A stretch of 64,000 bases of DNA from Escherichia coli (GTDB taxonomy: Bacteria; Pseudomonadota; Gammaproteobacteria; Enterobacterales; Enterobacteriaceae), in NCBI RefSeq assembly GCF_044647545.1, contig NZ_CP172818.1. One strand, written 5' to 3'. The position numbers and the translations under genes are program-made. Below the pieces are notes generated by a model. That model ran no database searches. It was not told where the DNA came from and was given only the letters and a program-made list of their open reading frames with translations. Below are positions 1 to 10,800 of this stretch, one piece after another (positions within the stretch are counted from its first letter, which is position 1; each line of letters opens with the position of its first letter).

Positions 1-261
1 GAAGATACTCTGCGTGCCGTTGGCGTTTTCGTTCAGCTCGAAACGCCTATAGCTTTCGATGCCATCGACAACCAACCGGTGGATTTACTTTTTGCCCTGC
101 TGGTGCCGGCAGACCAAACTAAAACGCACCTGCATACTCTGTCACTGGTGGCGAAACGTCTGGCGGACAAAACCATCTGCCGCCGTTTACGCGCAGCCCA
201 GAGCGATGAAGAGCTGTATCAAATCATTACGGATACCGAAGGTACTCCGGATGAAGCGTAG
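1..261 (+). CDS. ptsN: PTS IIA-Ntr (PtsN), 3' end only; 5' part lies outside the window
   Basis: Frame 1 is open from base 1 to TAG at 259-261; translation ends ...DKTICRRLRAAQSDEELYQIITDTEGTPDEA, recognised as the PtsN C-terminus; followed by rapZ and npr as in the rpoN-operon tail. Confidence 0.85.
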   Translation, partial: EDTLRAVGVFVQLETPIAFDAIDNQPVDLLFALLVPADQTKTHLHTLSLVAKRLADKTICRRLRAAQSDEELYQIITDTEGTPDEA

Positions 262-306
262 TTATTCGGTAATGTCTCTTTTAGACGTTGTGAGGAGAAA
301 CAGTAC

Positions 307-1161
307 ATGGTACTGATGATCGTCAGCGGACGTTCAGGTTCAGGTAAATCTGTCGCCCTGCGTGCGCTGGAAGATATGGGTTTTTACTGCGTGGATAACC
401 TTCCCGTAGTGTTGTTACCCGATCTGGCTCGAACTCTGGCCGATCGCGAGATTTCTGCCGCCGTCAGCATTGATGTTCGTAATATGCCGGAGTCACCAGA
501 AATATTCGAACAGGCGATGAGTAACCTGCCTGACGCTTTCTCACCGCAACTACTGTTCCTGGATGCCGACCGTAATACCTTAATTCGTCGTTACAGTGAC
601 ACGCGCCGACTGCATCCGCTTTCCAGCAAAAACCTGTCGCTGGAAAGTGCTATCGACAAAGAAAGCGATTTGCTGGAGCCTCTGCGTTCGCGAGCGGATC
701 TGATTGTCGATACCTCAGAAATGTCCGTTCACGAGCTGGCTGAAATGCTGCGTACCCGTCTGCTGGGTAAACGTGAACGCGAACTGACCATGGTCTTTGA
801 GTCTTTTGGCTTCAAACACGGTATCCCTATCGATGCAGATTACGTCTTTGACGTGCGCTTCTTGCCGAACCCGCACTGGGATCCGAAACTGCGTCCAATG
901 ACAGGTCTGGATAAGCCTGTCGCCGCGTTCCTCGACCGCCACACAGAAGTACACAATTTTATCTACCAGACGCGAAGCTATCTTGAGCTATGGTTACCTA
1001 TGCTGGAAACCAACAACCGTAGCTACCTGACGGTCGCCATTGGTTGTACCGGCGGGAAGCACCGTTCGGTGTATATTGCAGAGCAACTGGCAGACTACTT
1101 CCGCTCGCGCGGTAAAAACGTCCAGTCACGCCATCGTACGCTGGAAAAACGCAAACCATGA
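307..1161 (+). CDS. rapZ: RNase adaptor protein RapZ (YhbJ), P-loop NTPase
   Basis: 284-aa ORF with Walker A GRSGSGKS near the N-terminus; length and sequence match RapZ; 4-bp overlap with npr. Confidence 0.95.
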
Positions 1162-1430
1162 CCGTCAAGCAAACTGTTGAAATCACAAACAAGCTGGGCA
1201 TGCATGCCCGGCCTGCAATGAAGCTGTTTGAATTAATGCAAGGTTTTGACGCTGAAGTGCTGTTACGTAATGACGAAGGCACCGAGGCTGAAGCCAACAG
1301 CGTTATTGCACTGCTGATGCTGGATTCTGCCAAAGGACGGCAGATTGAAGTTGAAGCGACCGGTCCGCAGGAAGAGGAAGCACTGGCCGCCGTTATCGCC
1401 CTCTTTAACTCTGGTTTTGATGAAGATTAA
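1158..1430 (+). CDS. npr: Phosphocarrier protein NPr (PtsO)
   Basis: 90-aa [23 protein letters not shown]..., HPr-like with active-site His; position after rapZ. Confidence 0.95.
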
Positions 1431-1575
1431 TCTTCATCACTTTGACATTCAAATCCCTTCAAGCTCCCCCGGCAATAAGAAAAGCGCGTACTGAAATCGT
1501 TATCAATCAACGTCAATTGTACATTTCGTGCGCTTTTTACTTTCAGAAGAACCTTAAGAAAACCTTAAGAAGCAT

Positions 1576-1592
1576 TGTTTAGATTTCGTTTA
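1576..1592 (+). promoter_or_regulatory. Putative PhoP box (direct repeat TGTTTA-N5-CGTTTA) upstream of yrbL
   Basis: Sequence tgtttagatttcgttta ~50 bp upstream of the yrbL start matches the PhoP box hexamer direct-repeat architecture; yrbL is a known PhoP-activated gene. Confidence 0.55.
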
Positions 1593-1642
1593 AGTTAATC
1601 GACCATACTGGAGATCGTCAGAAAATATTTCCAGGAGATGGC

Positions 1643-2275
1643 ATGATTCGCTTATCTGAACAAAGTCCCCTGGGCACCGGAAGACATCGGAAATGTTATG
1701 CGCATCCGGAAGATGCCCAACGCTGTATCAAGATTGTCTACCATCGTGGCGATGGTGGCGATAAAGAGATCCGCCGTGAGTTAAAGTACTACGCGCATCT
1801 TGGTCGTCGGTTAAAAGACTGGAGTGGAATACCGCGCTATCACGGTACCGTTGAGACGGATTGCGGAACCGGTTATGTCTACGATGTGATTGCAGATTTT
1901 GACGGCAAACCCTCCATTACGCTGACCGAATTTGCTGAACAATGCCGTTACGAAGAAGACATTGCACAACTGCGCCAGATACTGAAACAGCTGAAGCGTT
2001 ATTTGCAGGATAACCGTATCGTGACGATGTCGCTGAAGCCGCAGAATATCCTCTGTCACCGCATCAGTGAGTCAGAGGTTATCCCCGTCGTCTGCGACAA
2101 CATTGGTGAAAGCACATTGATTCCACTGGCGACCTGGTCGAAGTGGTGTTGTCTGCGTAAGCAAGAGCGGTTATGGAAACGATTTATCGCCCAACCGGCG
2201 CTGACTATTGCCCTGCAGAAAGATCTGCAACCTCGTGAAAGCAAAACGCTGACCCTCACTTCGCGCGAAGCTTAA
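1643..2275 (+). CDS. yrbL: PhoP-regulated protein YrbL
   Basis: 210-aa [31 protein letters not shown]...; length and sequence match YrbL. Confidence 0.9.
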   Translation: MIRLSEQSPLGTGRHRKCYAHPEDAQRCIKIVYHRGDGGDKEIRRELKYYAHLGRRLKDWSGIPRYHGTVETDCGTGYVYDVIADFDGKPSITLTEFAEQCRYEEDIAQLRQILKQLKRYLQDNRIVTMSLKPQNILCHRISESEVIPVVCDNIGESTLIPLATWSKWCCLRKQERLWKRFIAQPALTIALQKDLQPRESKTLTLTSREA

Positions 2276-3000
2276 TCCAGCTGGTGTTGTTGCATAAACG
2301 ACTCACCGCCTAACTGATACATCTGCCGTAAAATCCACGCCTGACGGCTACGCACGTAGCCCGATGGCGCGGAGACTTTGAAACGAAGTGGATTAGGTAA
2401 TACAGCTGCCAGTAATGCAGCTTCCGACCGGGTAAGCTTGCTCGCGGGTTTGTGGAAATAACGTTGTGCCGCAGCTTCGACGCCAAACACACCGTCGCCA
2501 AATTCGGCGATATTCAGGTAAACCGTCAGGATACGCTTTTTGCTCCAGACCGTTTCTATCCCCAGCGTTAATCCAGCTTCCAGCCCTTTTCGAACCCAGC
2601 TACGCCCATCCCATAAAAAGAGATTTTTGGCAGTCTGCTGAGAAATCGTTGAAGCACCGCGAATACGGTTTTCATTGCGCTCGTTGTGCGCCAGGGCTTT
2701 CTCAATGGAAGCGACATCAAAGCCCCAGTGCTCAGGAAATGTCTGATCTTCTGCGGCAATCACCGCCAGTCCCATCCACGGCGAGATTTGATCCATACTG
2801 ACCCAGTCAGAATGTGCCACGTAACGAAAATTGCCATGCAGCCAGGCGCTGACCTGTCGCTCGACCATTACCGCTGAGAAAGGAACAGGCGCAACGCTAA
2901 ACAACGCGATGCCCCCGCCCCAAAAAACGGCGAGGACAACCATTAACCGCAAAAGAAAACGGCGAACGAAACTAAACACCGTTAAGCGGCTTTTACTCAT
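2272..3000 (-). CDS. mtgA: Monofunctional peptidoglycan glycosyltransferase MtgA
   Basis: 242-aa ORF with N-terminal TM segment and transglycosylase motifs (AAEDQTF, RKGLEA...); 4-bp overlap with elbB. Confidence 0.93.
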   Translation of the reverse strand: MSKSRLTVFSFVRRFLLRLMVVLAVFWGGGIALFSVAPVPFSAVMVERQVSAWLHGNFRYVAHSDWVSMDQISPWMGLAVIAAEDQTFPEHWGFDVASIEKALAHNERNENRIRGASTISQQTAKNLFLWDGRSWVRKGLEAGLTLGIETVWSKKRILTVYLNIAEFGDGVFGVEAAAQRYFHKPASKLTRSEAALLAAVLPNPLRFKVSAPSGYVRSRQAWILRQMYQLGGESFMQQHQLD

Positions 3001-3650
3001 TCAGCCAGAACCAGCACGCGGGAAACCAGCTTATCAATGCCGCTCGCCGCTTCTGCAATGTTCTGCGCCAGCATATATGCCGGGGTGGTGACAATCTTAT
3101 TGTCTTCATCAACCACGATATCATCGACAGGACACGGCACATGCTCCGCGCCCATCTCTTCCAGCACTTCTGCGGTATCAATATCAGTACCGATGGTCAA
3201 ACGCAGCGGGAAATCGAAAATTTTCGGCAGCATCGCCGGGGCAATACACATAAAACCAAGCGGTTTTCCGGCCTGATGCATCGCTTGTGCCAGCGCCTTT
3301 AATTCACGGTCAACGGTGCATTCGCGACCAAGACTGGCAAAATTGCTTAAATTCTTCGCCGCGCCAAACCCCCCCGGCACAATCAACGCATCCAGTTCAG
3401 CGGCATCGGCCTGGGCCAGAGGACGGATTTCACCGCGCGTTATTCGTGCCGCTTCAATCAGCACATTGCGCGTTTCCGTCATCGCTTCGCCCGTTAAATG
3501 GTTGATAACATCAACCTGCTGCTTATCCGGTGCAAAGCAGACCGCCTGCGCACCGCTGCGTGAAATAGCTAACAACGTCAACACCGCTTCATGAATTTCA
3601 GAACCGTCATAAACGCCGCATCCGCTCAGAATTACGCCAATTTTCTTCAT
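2997..3650 (-). CDS. elbB: Glyoxalase ElbB (DJ-1/PfpI family)
   Basis: ORF 2997..3659; likely start is [16 protein letters not shown] (217 aa) three codons inside the track ORF. Confidence 0.9.
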   Translation of the reverse strand: MKKIGVILSGCGVYDGSEIHEAVLTLLAISRSGAQAVCFAPDKQQVDVINHLTGEAMTETRNVLIEAARITRGEIRPLAQADAAELDALIVPGGFGAAKNLSNFASLGRECTVDRELKALAQAMHQAGKPLGFMCIAPAMLPKIFDFPLRLTIGTDIDTAEVLEEMGAEHVPCPVDDIVVDEDNKIVTTPAYMLAQNIAEAASGIDKLVSRVLVLAE

Positions 3651-3767
3651 TGTGATCATCCTTTCGCAATTGACTGAAACACATTAATTTTTTTAATAAA
3701 AATGCTACGCATCACACATTTAACTGATTCATGTAACAAATCATTTAAGTTTTGCTATCTTAACTGC

Positions 3768-3889
3768 GTGCGGCCTGAAAAACAGTGCTGTGCCCTTGTA
3801 ACTCATCATAATAATTTACGGCGCAGCCAAGATTTCCCTGGTGTTGGCGCAGTATTCGCGCACCCCGGTCTAGCCGGGGTCATTTTTTA
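3768..3889 (+). ncRNA. arcZ: Hfq-dependent small RNA ArcZ (RyhA/SraH), convergent with and overlapping the arcB 3' end
   Basis: Sequence gtgcggcctgaaaaacagtgctgtgccc ... gcgcaccccggtctagccggggtcatttttt matches ArcZ as I recall it, including the 3' seed region and intrinsic terminator hairpin plus T6; location between elbB and arcB as in K-12. Confidence 0.8.
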
Positions 3890-6216
3890 GTGGCTTTTGC
3901 CACCCACGCTTTCAGTACTTCTACGTCGTGACGCCACTCTTCTTTCATCTCTTCAATCCATTCACCGACGTTATCTTCCCAGGCGGGAAGGTCAGGAGAC
4001 TGAATTTGCTGACCCAGCTGTTGCAGATGGCGTAACCCCACTGACCCCGCCGCACCTTTAATTTTATGTCCTTCCTCAACAATGCCTTTTTTATCCTGCG
4101 CCGTCAGATTCGACTCCAGCACGCTGACATAGCCCGGCATCATCTTCTCAAACACCGCTAACCCGTCGGTGATCAGCTTCGGTCCTACAAGTTCGAGATA
4201 CTGTTCCAGCATGGGAATATCGAGCAATGCTTCTGATTTACTGTTCTCTTCTGTCGTCACCGTACTTTCCTCATCATCCTGGGTATCCCAGAATTTCTTG
4301 ATCATCGCGGTTAGCGCCGGAACAGAAAGCGGCTTACTCAGCACATCATCCATTCCAGCATTGAGGTACTCTTGTTTGTCTTTCAGCACGTTAGCGGTTA
4401 AGGCCACCAGCGGTGGTAAATCCTCGCGCGGATAACGCTTCGTCAGTTCACGAGAGATATCCAGCCCGGTCATATCTGGCAACTGAATATCCAGCAACAC
4501 CAGGTCGTATTCGCCCGGTTTAAACATCTCCAGCGCCGCCTTGCCGGTCATGGCGACATCAACGCTGTTACCTAATTTTTCCAGCACAGAGCGTGCGACA
4601 ATCACGTTCAGTTCAATGTCTTCCACCAGCAGCACATTCAGCGCCGGTAAAGGCATATCGTCTTCATCAAACGCATCATCAACCTCTTCTGCTACCGACG
4701 GTGCGTGGATCGTCAACGTAAAGGTTGAACCTTTGCCCTGTTCGCTGGTAACCGTAATATCGCCGCCCATATTTTTCGCCAGACGACGAGAAACGGCCAG
4801 ACCAATACCGGTGCCGGTGGCAGGTTTACCGCCATGACTGTCTTTCACCTGGTAATACATGGCGAAGATTTTATCCAGCTCATCCTGCGGAATGCCGATA
4901 CCAGAGTCTTCCACTTCAAAATGCAGCATATCGCCTTCATCGTAGCGCACGCGCACGGTAACCTGGCCTTGCTGGGTGAATTTGACGGCGTTACTGATGA
5001 GGTTCCACAGGATCTGCCGTAAACGCGTCCCGTCGGTAATGACCTGATGCGGTAATGGCAGCGTCGGCTCCAGATTAAAGCGCAATCCTTTTTGTTGCGC
5101 CTGCAAGGCGGAGAGATTTTCCAGATCGGCAAGGAAGCTGGTGAAATCAACCGGCTGATTATCAAGCTGGACCTTGCGCCGTTCCATCTTATCCATGTCG
5201 ATAATATCGTTGAAGATATTCCCCAGCGTGACGGCCGAAACATGGATGGTTTTGAGGTATTTTTCCTGCTCGGCGGTGAGTTCGGTATCCAGCAGAATGC
5301 GGCTCAGGCCGACGATACCATTCAGCGGTGTACGCAATTCGTGACTGATGGTGGAGATAAACGTCGTTTTGTCGCGGCTGGCCCGTTCAAGCGCATCCTG
5401 ATACCGCTTACGCTCGGTAATGTCGCGACCAAAGCCCATCAAACCGTGACGTTTACCCACGCGGTCGTAGTACGGCACTTTACGGATTTCAAAGCAGGCT
5501 TTGCGCCCGTCCGGGTAATCCAGCCACTGTTCATAGGTCAGTGACACATTATGACGGAACACTTTTTCATCGGTTTCAATGACTTTTGCGGCGGCTTCCG
5601 GTGAGTAAACATCAGCAGGTTTCAGGTGAACCAGTTGTTTTTCGCTTTTTCCGGTCAGCAGCTCCATCGCGCGGTTACAGCCGGAAAACTCTTTATCTTC
5701 GTTACGATAAAAAACCAGGTCGGGTGAAGCATCAAGGAAGGAACGTAAGAATGAGGATTGCTGCTCGAGCTGAATTTGTGTCTCTTCGCGCTCTTTGATT
5801 TCAATTTTCAGTTGGCCGAAGGTTTCCTGCAGTTCTGCTTCCGCTTTTTCACGAACGGCGATTTCCTGATTTAGCTGGGCAATATTATCTTTTAACTGAA
5901 CGTTGAGGCTCAAATCGCGCTCGCGCATCTCCTCCAGTTTTTGCACCAGTCGTGACAGACGTTGCCGTGACTCCTCCAGTTGCTCGACGACCACCGATAG
6001 AAAGTAGACCGCCCACGGCGTAATCAGCAAACCAAAGAAGATAGAACGAATAACATCAATGCTTTCGACCTGACCATGCAGCACCATGGTTACCGCCATT
6101 TGTACCACAATGGCAAGAACGACGAGGGCCAGCGCCAGCAACATTGAGAAGCGCACCAGACCTAACTTCATCATCAGGTCAACATAATACTGCGCCAGCA
6201 GACGAATTTGCTTCAT
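3880..6216 (-). CDS. arcB: Aerobic respiration control sensor histidine kinase ArcB
   Basis: 778-aa ORF with TM segments, PAS, HisKA (SHELRTPLNG), HATPase, receiver and HPt domains. Confidence 0.97.
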   Translation of the reverse strand: MKQIRLLAQYYVDLMMKLGLVRFSMLLALALVVLAIVVQMAVTMVLHGQVESIDVIRSIFFGLLITPWAVYFLSVVVEQLEESRQRLSRLVQKLEEMRERDLSLNVQLKDNIAQLNQEIAVREKAEAELQETFGQLKIEIKEREETQIQLEQQSSFLRSFLDASPDLVFYRNEDKEFSGCNRAMELLTGKSEKQLVHLKPADVYSPEAAAKVIETDEKVFRHNVSLTYEQWLDYPDGRKACFEIRKVPYYDRVGKRHGLMGFGRDITERKRYQDALERASRDKTTFISTISHELRTPLNGIVGLSRILLDTELTAEQEKYLKTIHVSAVTLGNIFNDIIDMDKMERRKVQLDNQPVDFTSFLADLENLSALQAQQKGLRFNLEPTLPLPHQVITDGTRLRQILWNLISNAVKFTQQGQVTVRVRYDEGDMLHFEVEDSGIGIPQDELDKIFAMYYQVKDSHGGKPATGTGIGLAVSRRLAKNMGGDITVTSEQGKGSTFTLTIHAPSVAEEVDDAFDEDDMPLPALNVLLVEDIELNVIVARSVLEKLGNSVDVAMTGKAALEMFKPGEYDLVLLDIQLPDMTGLDISRELTKRYPREDLPPLVALTANVLKDKQEYLNAGMDDVLSKPLSVPALTAMIKKFWDTQDDEESTVTTEENSKSEALLDIPMLEQYLELVGPKLITDGLAVFEKMMPGYVSVLESNLTAQDKKGIVEEGHKIKGAAGSVGLRHLQQLGQQIQSPDLPAWEDNVGEWIEEMKEEWRHDVEVLKAWVAKATKK

Positions 6217-6311
6217 TAGGGAATTCCTTCACGACAACCTGCCCCAATAATACCCAATTCTGACAGTTACGTTATAAATTGTGTGAGAAATGCGGAATTC
6301 CCCTCAATGGC

Positions 6312-7241
6312 CTACGCCGTTGGAGGTAGCCACGGACGTCCCAGCGCCGATCCCTGTACGCCATGTTCATTCAGATAACGATCCAGCTCGACCATTCCCG
6401 TCCAGCGATTTTCGCACCACAGAGGAGCAAGCAGCGTCGGGCGACGGGCGCTGGCGGAAATGCGGTGGTAGATCACTTCCGGTGGCGTATGGCGAATCAT
6501 TTCTCCGGCAGTGAGCGTGTAATCTTCCAGTTCAATACCGTTCAAACGCCCCGCTTCCCAGGCTTTCGCCATAATGCTGCCTTTCACAATATGCAGCGGA
6601 TGCAGCTTTATGCCGTCCACGCCAGTTTCAACGACTCGCTCCAGCGTTTGCAAACATTCAGCCTGCCCTTCACCAGGCAGGCCGACAATTAAGTGAGAAC
6701 ACACCTTCAGCCCACGCTCACGCGCCAGCTGCGTCGTGCGCTGATAACAGGCAAAATCATGACCGCGATTGATGCGATGCAGCGTTTTGTCGTGGGCGGT
6801 TTGTAGCCCCAGCTCCAGCCACACTTCGTAACCCTGGTCCTTATATTCGCAAAGCAGATCCAGCACCGCATCCGGCACGCAGTCCGGGCGGGTACCAACA
6901 CACAAACCGACAATATTGGCCTGGCTCACCGCCTGCTGATACATAGAACGCAGCACCTGAACTTCCGCAAAGGTGCTGGTATACGCCTGAAAGTAGGCCA
7001 GATAGCGTTTAGCGCGGTTAACTAAATTCGCCTGGTGCGCCAGTTGCTCGGCAATGGAACGATGCTGCTGCGCTTCATCGGCAAACGAGGCCACATTACA
7101 GAATGTGCAGCCACCACGCCCGATGGTACCGTCACGGTTAGGGCAGCTAAAACCGCCGTGCAGCGTCAGCTTATGCACCTTTTGCCCATAACGACGGGTG
7201 AGATCACCACCAAACATATTGACTAATTTCTGTAACTGCAT
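6312..7241 (-). CDS. yhcC: Radical SAM family protein YhcC
   Basis: ORF 6312..7274 with a CxxxCxxC-type cluster (CPNRDGTIGRGGCTFC); likely start at MQLQKLVNMFGG giving ~309 aa; the upstream ATG at 7274 is an alternative. Confidence 0.85.
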   Translation of the reverse strand: MQLQKLVNMFGGDLTRRYGQKVHKLTLHGGFSCPNRDGTIGRGGCTFCNVASFADEAQQHRSIAEQLAHQANLVNRAKRYLAYFQAYTSTFAEVQVLRSMYQQAVSQANIVGLCVGTRPDCVPDAVLDLLCEYKDQGYEVWLELGLQTAHDKTLHRINRGHDFACYQRTTQLARERGLKVCSHLIVGLPGEGQAECLQTLERVVETGVDGIKLHPLHIVKGSIMAKAWEAGRLNGIELEDYTLTAGEMIRHTPPEVIYHRISASARRPTLLAPLWCENRWTGMVELDRYLNEHGVQGSALGRPWLPPTA

Positions 7242-7821
7242 AATCTGATAGACCGCGCCTTGAAAAGAGGCCAAAGCCTGCCATTTTTAGCTCAATTCGG
7301 CGATGACCTGGATCAATCGTCCCGGCCTGCTTTTATCAACTGCATAATCAATCAAAATTACCGAAATTTCATGCACAATCACATAAATCACTTTTGCTTA
7401 TCTTGTGTCAGATTTTTTTATCTCCTTATGGATTTTAGGCAAAAACAGTAGCATGAAACGTTATTACCAATTAAGGCAGTATAAAATGCTGGTTTTCTCG
7501 TCAGTTCAAGGCAGGATAAGGGTTAACACGCCTTTATGACAGTCAGGAATTGACTGTTTCTCTAACGACGCCCTTTTAGCCTTAAATAGAAAATCCACTT
7601 TAATTTCAGACAATTAATAAAGAATTTTGCGCTAAAGCACATTTCTGTACCAATAAGCTTGCCATTTGACCTGTATCAGCTTTCCCGATAAGTTGGAAAT
7701 CCGCTGGAAGCTTTCTGGATGAGCAGCCTGCTCATCATATTTATGCAGTAATTGAGATCCCCTCTTCACCGTATTAACCGATGCGAAAAGGACAACAAGG
7801 GGGCGAATGCGAGGCGCGCGT

Positions 7822-10800
7822 ATGACACGCAAACCCCGTCGCCACGCTCTTACTGTGCCCGTGCGCAGCGGTTCGGAAGTGGGGTTCCCGCAGAGCCTGG
7901 GGGAGGTTCACGATATGTTGTACGATAAATCCCTTGAGAGGGATAACTGTGGTTTCGGCCTGATCGCCCACATAGAAGGCGAACCTAGCCACAAGGTAGT
8001 GCGTACTGCAATACACGCACTGGCCCGCATGCAGCACCGTGGCGCGATTCTCGCCGATGGTAAAACCGGTGACGGTTGCGGCTTGCTGTTACAAAAACCG
8101 GATCGCTTTTTTCGCATCGTTGCGCAGGAGCGCGGCTGGCGTTTAGCAAAAAACTACGCTGTCGGGATGCTCTTCCTGAATAAAGATCCTGAACTCGCCG
8201 CTGCCGCACGCCGCATCGTTGAAGAAGAGCTGCAACGCGAAACATTGTCGATTGTGGGCTGGCGTGATGTCCCCACTAACGAAGGCGTGCTGGGTGAAAT
8301 CGCCCTCTCCTCTCTGCCACGCATTGAGCAAATTTTTGTGAACGCCCCGGCAGGCTGGCGTCCACGCGATATGGAGCGCCGTCTGTTTATCGCCCGCCGC
8401 CGCATTGAAAAGCGTCTCGAAGCCGACAAAGACTTCTACGTCTGTAGCCTGTCGAATCTGGTGAACATCTATAAAGGTCTGTGTATGCCGGCGGATCTGC
8501 CGCGCTTTTATCTGGATCTTGCGGACCTGCGTCTGGAATCGGCCATTTGCCTGTTCCACCAGCGCTTTTCCACTAACACCGTACCGCGCTGGCCGCTGGC
8601 ACAGCCGTTCCGCTACCTCGCGCATAACGGTGAAATCAACACCATCACTGGTAACCGCCAATGGGCGCGTGCGCGTACCTATAAATTCCAGACGCCGCTG
8701 ATCCCTGACCTGCACGACGCCGCGCCGTTCGTCAACGAAACCGGCTCTGACTCCAGTTCCATGGATAACATGCTGGAACTGCTGCTGGCAGGCGGGATGG
8801 ATATCATCCGCGCCATGCGTCTGTTAGTGCCACCCGCCTGGCAGAACAACCCGGATATGGACCCGGAACTGCGTGCCTTCTTTGACTTTAACTCCATGCA
8901 TATGGAGCCGTGGGATGGCCCGGCAGGCATCGTGATGTCTGACGGTCGTTTTGCCGCCTGTAACCTCGACCGTAACGGTCTGCGTCCGGCACGCTATGTC
9001 ATCACCAAAGATAAGCTCATTACCTGCGCCTCTGAAGTCGGTATCTGGGATTATCAGCCTGACGAAGTGGTCGAAAAAGGCCGCGTCGGGCCAGGCGAAC
9101 TGATGGTGATCGACACCCGCAGTGGGCGTATTCTGCACTCGGCAGAAACCGATGACGATCTGAAAAGCCGCCATCCATATAAAGAGTGGATGGAGAAAAA
9201 CGTCCGCCGACTGGTACCGTTTGAAGATCTGCCCGATGAAGAAGTGGGTAGCCGCGAACTGGACGACGACACGCTTGCCAGCTACCAGAAACAGTTTAAC
9301 TACAGCGCGGAAGAGCTGGACTCCGTAATTCGCGTACTGGGTGAAAACGGTCAGGAAGCCGTCGGTTCGATGGGCGATGATACCCCATTCGCCGTGCTCT
9401 CCAGTCAGCCGCGCATTATTTACGACTACTTCCGCCAGCAGTTTGCTCAGGTAACCAACCCGCCAATCGACCCGCTGCGTGAAGCGCATGTTATGTCGCT
9501 CGCCACCAGCATTGGCCGCGAAATGAACGTCTTCTGCGAAGCTGAAGGCCAGGCGCACCGTTTAAGCTTTAAATCGCCGATTCTGCTCTATTCCGATTTC
9601 AAACAGCTCACGACGATGAAAGAGGATCACTACCGCGCAGATACGCTGGATATCACCTTTGACGTCACTAAAACCACGCTCGAAGCGACGGTGAAAGAGC
9701 TGTGCGACAAAGCCGAAAAAATGGTACGTAGCGGCACCGTGCTGCTGGTGCTCTCCGACCGGAATATCGCTAAAGATCGCCTGCCGGTTCCGGCTCCGAT
9801 GGCGGTTGGCGCGATCCAGACCCGTCTGGTCGAGCAAAGCCTGCGTTGCGATGCCAACATCATCGTCGAAACCGCCAGCGCCCGTGATCCGCACCACTTC
9901 GCCGTGTTGCTGGGTTTCGGCGCGACGGCTATTTATCCGTACCTTGCCTATGAAACGCTGGGCCGTCTGGTAGACACCCACGCGATTGCCAAAGATTATC
10001 GTACCGTGATGCTCAACTATCGTAACGGCATCAACAAAGGCTTGTACAAAATCATGTCCAAAATGGGCATCTCCACCATCGCCTCTTATCGCTGCTCGAA
10101 ACTGTTTGAAGCGGTCGGTCTGCACGATGATGTCGTGGGCCTGTGCTTCCAGGGCGCGGTTAGCCGCATTGGCGGGGCGAGCTTTGAAGACTTCCAGCAG
10201 GATCTGCTGAATCTGTCGAAACGTGCCTGGCTGGCGCGTAAGCCCATCAGCCAGGGCGGCCTGCTGAAATACGTGCACGGTGGCGAATACCACGCCTACA
10301 ACCCGGACGTGGTGCGCACACTGCAACAGGCGGTACAAAGCGGCGAGTACAGCGACTATCAGGAATACGCGAAGCTGGTTAATGAGCGTCCGGCAACCAC
10401 GCTGCGCGATCTGCTGGCAATTACGCCGGGTGAAAACGCAGTCAACATTGCCGATGTTGAACCGGCAAGCGAACTGTTTAAACGCTTCGATACCGCTGCG
10501 ATGTCTATCGGCGCGTTAAGCCCGGAAGCCCACGAGGCGCTGGCTGAAGCGATGAACAGCATCGGCGGTAACTCGAACTCCGGTGAAGGGGGTGAAGATC
10601 CGGCGCGCTACGGTACCAACAAAGTCTCACGCATCAAGCAGGTGGCGTCCGGTCGCTTCGGTGTTACTCCGGCGTATCTGGTCAATGCTGACGTCATTCA
10701 GATTAAAGTCGCCCAGGGCGCGAAGCCGGGCGAAGGCGGTCAGTTGCCGGGTGATAAAGTCACTCCTTACATTGCCAAACTGCGCTATTCGGTGCCCGGA

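Noticed and set aside
3702-3890. 62-aa plus-strand ORF between elbB and arcB
   Set aside because: Coincides with the arcZ small RNA locus; the region is better explained as a non-coding RNA than as a protein-coding gene.
8143-10338. Several long minus-strand ORFs (8143..8715, 8824..9558, 9562..10338) inside gltB
   Set aside because: Antisense shadow ORFs within a long GC-rich gene; they lie fully inside the well-supported gltB frame.
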